In this document: positions 60,190 through 64,000 of the stretch, in pieces
How positions within the stretch are numbered: the first letter of the stretch is position 1
Layout: every line of letters begins with the position of its first letter
Source of the DNA: an uncultured Chthonomonadaceae bacterium
Lineage (GTDB): Bacteria > Armatimonadota > Chthonomonadetes > Chthonomonadales > Chthonomonadaceae
DNA: 64,000 nucleotides
Assembly (NCBI GenBank): GCA_963817895.1
Contig: CAWFQB010000007.1
Location: 128,001-192,000, forward strand
Reading direction: 5' to 3'
Made by a program: the position numbers and the translations under genes
The notes under the pieces: model-generated
What the model was told of the DNA's origin: nothing
The model's database searches: none
The model's input: the letters and a program-made list of their open reading frames with translations, nothing else

Positions 60190-61683
60190 TTAGAGTAACC
60201 TCCCCGGCACTTTGATGGCGGCCGCGACCTGCGACGCGAGAGACGTGATTTGCCCCCCCGACAAACTGACACTGCTTGGAACATCGAACGTTTCCACATA
60301 AGGACTGCCGCCCGAAGGCGCATCACACACAATCACCCCACTCCACGCCGAGTCGAGCGTCAACTGCGTGATGTACGCGCCGATCCCACCAATTTCAGAC
60401 AAGCCTCCCACTGTGTAGGGGACCAGCACGGCTCCATTCGCATCGTAGACCGTCAGGCCCAGCGTCGCGGCCAACCCGCTGACGCCGTAGGGCGCGATGG
60501 ACGTATGCGCGTAAGTTGTGCCCGAGGCGGTGATACCGCTGGTCGCGCTTTTGACCTCATTCGAGGCTGCTGACAGATTGCCTCCGCTGTCTACCGCTTT
60601 CACTGTGTAGTAGAAGTTCTGTCCGGCTGTCGGGCGGGTCTGCGCGGCGAAGGAAGCGGGAAATGAACCCGGCGTAATGGTGGCAACTGCCGTCGCGCTC
60701 TCCCCTCCGGGCGTTGTTCCCTTGTAGAGTTTGTAGGACGCGACCGCGTTGGTTCCTGCCGCGACTGCTGCCGGAATCGTAATTATGTCGCCGCCCGCAG
60801 TCGGCTTGAAGGTGACAACGGGCGTACCCGGCGCAACCAACACATAGACCGAGATGGTTGTGGTTGCGCCACTCCCCGTATCCGTGATAGTCAGCGTACC
60901 GGCTGTCGAGCCGGGATTGATGCTGACCGTTGCTGCTGTCGTGCTTGTCGCATTGGGACTGCTCAGGCTTGCGCCAGTTGTACCGACGCCTGAAAGCGTG
61001 AATTGCGAAGACGTGCCAACCGCAAAATTCGTACCCGTACCCGTCAGGGTGACGGCCTGTGCGCCACTGCCCGCCGCAAGGGAATTGGGCGAGGGCGAGA
61101 GGGAAGCGGTGACTGGATAAGTCGCCAGAAACGATTTCCAGTGGTTGCCCGTTGATGCGGTCGGCGCAACCGCGCAATAGTCCATCATGCCGATTTGCGC
61201 GGAGTAGGACAATCCAAAATTGTAGCTGGCAATGGTAGCCGTAATCTTTTGGACACCATTGATGAACCCTGTCACGATGAGACTGGTTCCAGACTTTCGC
61301 GCCTGGATATGGAACACATCACCACTGACAGGAGTATAGGCGGCGGTTGGACCTCCTGACAGATCACTGCCGTTGTACCCGAACAATAAGCCCGCAGTGG
61401 ACGGTCGGTAGCGAAATTCCACCGTTCCCCACATTATACCGATCATCGCATTGTTGTTATCATCAATGTGATATAACGTGGCGTAAACGTCCGCGTCGAA
61501 ATTTGGTGGAGCAGTGGCGTTGGCGCAGTAGTTTTGTCCACTATTGAAGAAGTAGGAGTCAGCGTTACTACCGACCTTAATCTGTCCAGTCGGCCACGCG
61601 CCGCCAATCGCAGGCAGACGACTACCAATATCGGTACCCGCCGCGTCGGGAAAAGCATCAGAGATAAACGTCACATTCGACAT
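60190..61683 (-). CDS. Phage tail-associated protein with Ig/FN3-like domains
   Basis: YKLYKGTT.G.E...YYTVKAVDSGGNLS..SNEV. Confidence 0.65.
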   Translation of the reverse strand: MSNVTFISDAFPDAAGTDIGSRLPAIGGAWPTGQIKVGSNADSYFFNSGQNYCANATAPPNFDADVYATLYHIDDNNNAMIGIMWGTVEFRYRPSTAGLLFGYNGSDLSGGPTAAYTPVSGDVFHIQARKSGTSLIVTGFINGVQKITATIASYNFGLSYSAQIGMMDYCAVAPTASTGNHWKSFLATYPVTASLSPSPNSLAAGSGAQAVTLTGTGTNFAVGTSSQFTLSGVGTTGASLSSPNATSTTAATVSINPGSTAGTLTITDTGSGATTTISVYVLVAPGTPVVTFKPTAGGDIITIPAAVAAGTNAVASYKLYKGTTPGGESATAVATITPGSFPASFAAQTRPTAGQNFYYTVKAVDSGGNLSAASNEVKSATSGITASGTTYAHTSIAPYGVSGLAATLGLTVYDANGAVLVPYTVGGLSEIGGIGAYITQLTLDSAWSGVIVCDAPSGGSPYVETFDVPSSVSLSGGQITSLASQVAAAIKVPGRLL

Positions 61684-61693
61684 AAAAACTCCT

Positions 61694-63867
61694 CTAGGCT
61701 ATGAAACCTGTGCCATAATCGCTACGCGGCGTCAGTCCGCTGCTGGTAGTGAATGTCACCGGGAGGCTGTCCCTGCTGACATTGCCATTCACGTCAAAGG
61801 CGCGAACCGTGAAGGAATAAGCCGTCGAGGGCTGCAAATCCTGATAGGTGTAGGCGGTGCTGCCAGAGACAACCCCGACCAGCAAACTGCCATTCAGCCA
61901 AATCTCGTACCCTGCAATCGTGTATGCGCCAGCATTGGGCGCAGTCCAGGTGAGCGGCACAGTATAGCCACTGACCGCGCCTACGGCTAAATTGGTTGGG
62001 ACACAGGGCTGTGTGGCCGGGTTGGGCGCGTAGCCCCCATACGCCGCTTGCAGGCCGGCATTGTTGAGCAGGCTCGGCGGCATCGTCGTCAGTTGCACGT
62101 TGATTTTGAACAGGTTGGCAGCCGTTGTTACCCCACCCGCCGACACGTTCCGGGGCGAGTTGCCCGTGCCACTGCCCACGCGATCCACAAAATTAAACGA
62201 GAGTTCATTCCCCGCCACATTATCGTTTTCGCGGAACATGCCCCCACCGATGATATTGAACACGCAGTTGTTTTGCACCAACTCGTTATTACTGCCGTCG
62301 TCCAGATAGATGCCGCCCGGAGGATAGTTCTGCGGAGTCGCCCATATCTGCGAATGGATCGTGTTGCGCGCGACGCGCAGGCCGGGAATCACACTGTTGC
62401 AGTAAATGCCGCCGCCGTCTTGAAGCGCCTGCATGTGGTCGTGAATGTCATTGTCGTGGACATAATAATTGCTGCGCGGATTGGTCGCTTGCAGCGCCAC
62501 CGTCCAGCCCCATCCGATGTGGATGGGGACATACCCGTGATTGTAGGCGTGGTTGTGATCTATTTCGAGATTCGACGCGAACGGCGCAACCACACAGGGG
62601 CAGCACGTATATTCCACGCCGCAGGAGGAGAACACGTTGTTCGTGACGCGGTTATTGTTGGTCTGATAGGCCGTGCCAAGCGTGTTATATTCATGGGGCG
62701 TGGAAATGTCTACACCCGCCCCTGATATATCTTGAAAAGTGCAACCGCGCACAAGGCTGTTTTTCGTGCCTTCGCACAACAGTACCGCCGAGCCGCCCAA
62801 ATGCTTGAAGACACATTTTTCAAGGGTAATCCCTGCACACTGGTAAAAACTCAGCGCATCGGGAACAATGGGGTTGTCCCACACACTGCCATTGGAGTCC
62901 GAACTGCCCGTATAGGCACTGAACGCGCGTTGCCCTGTGGACAGGTTGACATTGGCCTGCACGTTAATAAAGCCGTAAATGCCGCCCGCATCATTCCATG
63001 ATGTATGCGCGAAGGTCAAGCCCTGAAGTGTCAGGTTGCTGACACCGTTAAACGTCAGCAACTGTGTCAGCAGTGGCGCAATCGCCTGCGCGGTCGCCAT
63101 ATTTTCGCCAACGCGGGGAATGTAGTAGACCGTATTTGTGGTACGGTTCAGGTACATCGAGCCGGGAACCGTGAGCAGTTCGTAGGCGTTTTCAATCCAC
63201 AACGGAATGTCCGTGATATGGATATACGATGGTCCGGTATTCAGCCCATTCGTCCACGCCGGGTTTTTCATAGCGATTGCGCCGCTGCTGACGCTGGCAA
63301 CCGCCACACGATGATGCGCCCACGCGAGATTGTACGAAAACTCTATGTCGGTCGGGTTGCCCCATCCCGCCATAACTCCAAACGAGCCGCTATACCCGCT
63401 GCTGTTAATCGTGGCTCCGCTCAGATAGTTTGTTCCTGACGTCTTCGGACGCGCAGCGCGTTGGTCTTGCACATAAATCTGGCGAAAGTTTGTACCTGCG
63501 GGTACACTGGCTTGCCAGATGTTCAGGTTAAGAATCGTGGAGAAGTCCAGCCGGCAAGAGCAAACCCACCCGAAAGCACCGGGACTTCGCCCGGATAAGC
63601 CAGATAGCGAACGACATTTCCATTCAAACCGCTATCTGCCGACGTAAACGCGACGGTACTGGTCAGCGTGTGAATCCCGCCGCGCAGCACCACGTTGATA
63701 TTGCCTTGCGCGGACGGCAGAAGGGCGCGTACCACTTGCCGCGCTTTGTCCAGCGTGGCAAACGGGGCGGACAGACTGCCGTTGTTCAGATCACTGCCCG
63801 TTGGCGCGACAAACAAGTTGAACGCGGCTACAGGCAGAAGTGGGTGGAGGGTGGAGGGTTTGCGCAT
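61694..63867 (-). CDS. Right-handed beta-helix (GH141-like) protein with C-terminal FN3; putative depolymerase; frameshift near 63530
   Basis: FVAPTGSD.N.GS...PFATL..AR...LRGG; ENAYELL; DGGGIY; GIYLDDGS; FN3. Confidence 0.75.
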
Positions 63868-63870
63868 AAG

Positions 63871-64000
63871 TTAAATGTTCCGTATCTGGTCTTCAACCGC
63901 CGTTGCCGTCGCCCCTTCCACACTGTTGACCGCGCCCGTCGCCAGTCCCGTAACCACCTGATCCACCCCATTGCCGGGATTGTGCAGTTCAGACGGCGTT
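63871..64000 (-). CDS. 3' end of an upstream phage gene
   Basis: Open frame ...VEDQIRNI* ends 3 bp before the next ATG. Confidence 0.5.
   Translation of the reverse strand, partial: TPSELHNPGNGVDQVVTGLATGAVNSVEGATATAVEDQIRNI

Larger units (their letters stand above)
43085..64000. mobile_element. Prophage (one end) integrated in radC
   Basis: radC break, defence and accessory genes, methylases, endolysin, holin, baseplate and tail genes. No integrase in the window. Confidence 0.85.

Overview
Bacterial chromosomal window, GC-rich overall with lower-GC inserts. Gene content (PSCyt/PSD1 protein, VPEPGSIALL-type PEP-CTERM protein) tentatively suggests Armatimonadota or a similar lineage; this is inference. 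Bases 1-43.08 kb are host chromosome: a GAF-PAS-PAS signalling gene, a type IIG R-M enzyme, a HEPN pair, rhlE, hxlA, sucC, TetR, an ECF sigma factor, tatD, rsfS, nadD, tRNA-Ser(GGA), mtaB and the 3' half of radC. This part carries many REP/REPIN elements and short-tandem-repeat hairpins, some inserted in frame into proteins. From about 43085 to the window end lies a prophage inserted in radC. It has an att-like inverted repeat, a RosmerTA-like pair, small-ORF operons sharing a repeated 18-bp operator with a candidate non-HTH regulator, a BcgI-like type IIB R-M system, a PEP-CTERM gene (these last two share an identical sigma-54 promoter 20-mer), two orphan methylases, and lysis and tail genes. 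A second, older island (JAB-like gene, CxxC gene and a diverged radC remnant) sits just downstream of radC. A promoter-driven structured ncRNA candidate lies at 16.4-16.9 kb. Many single-base frameshifts, including one in nadD, suggest assembly indel errors. No CRISPR array or rRNA was seen.
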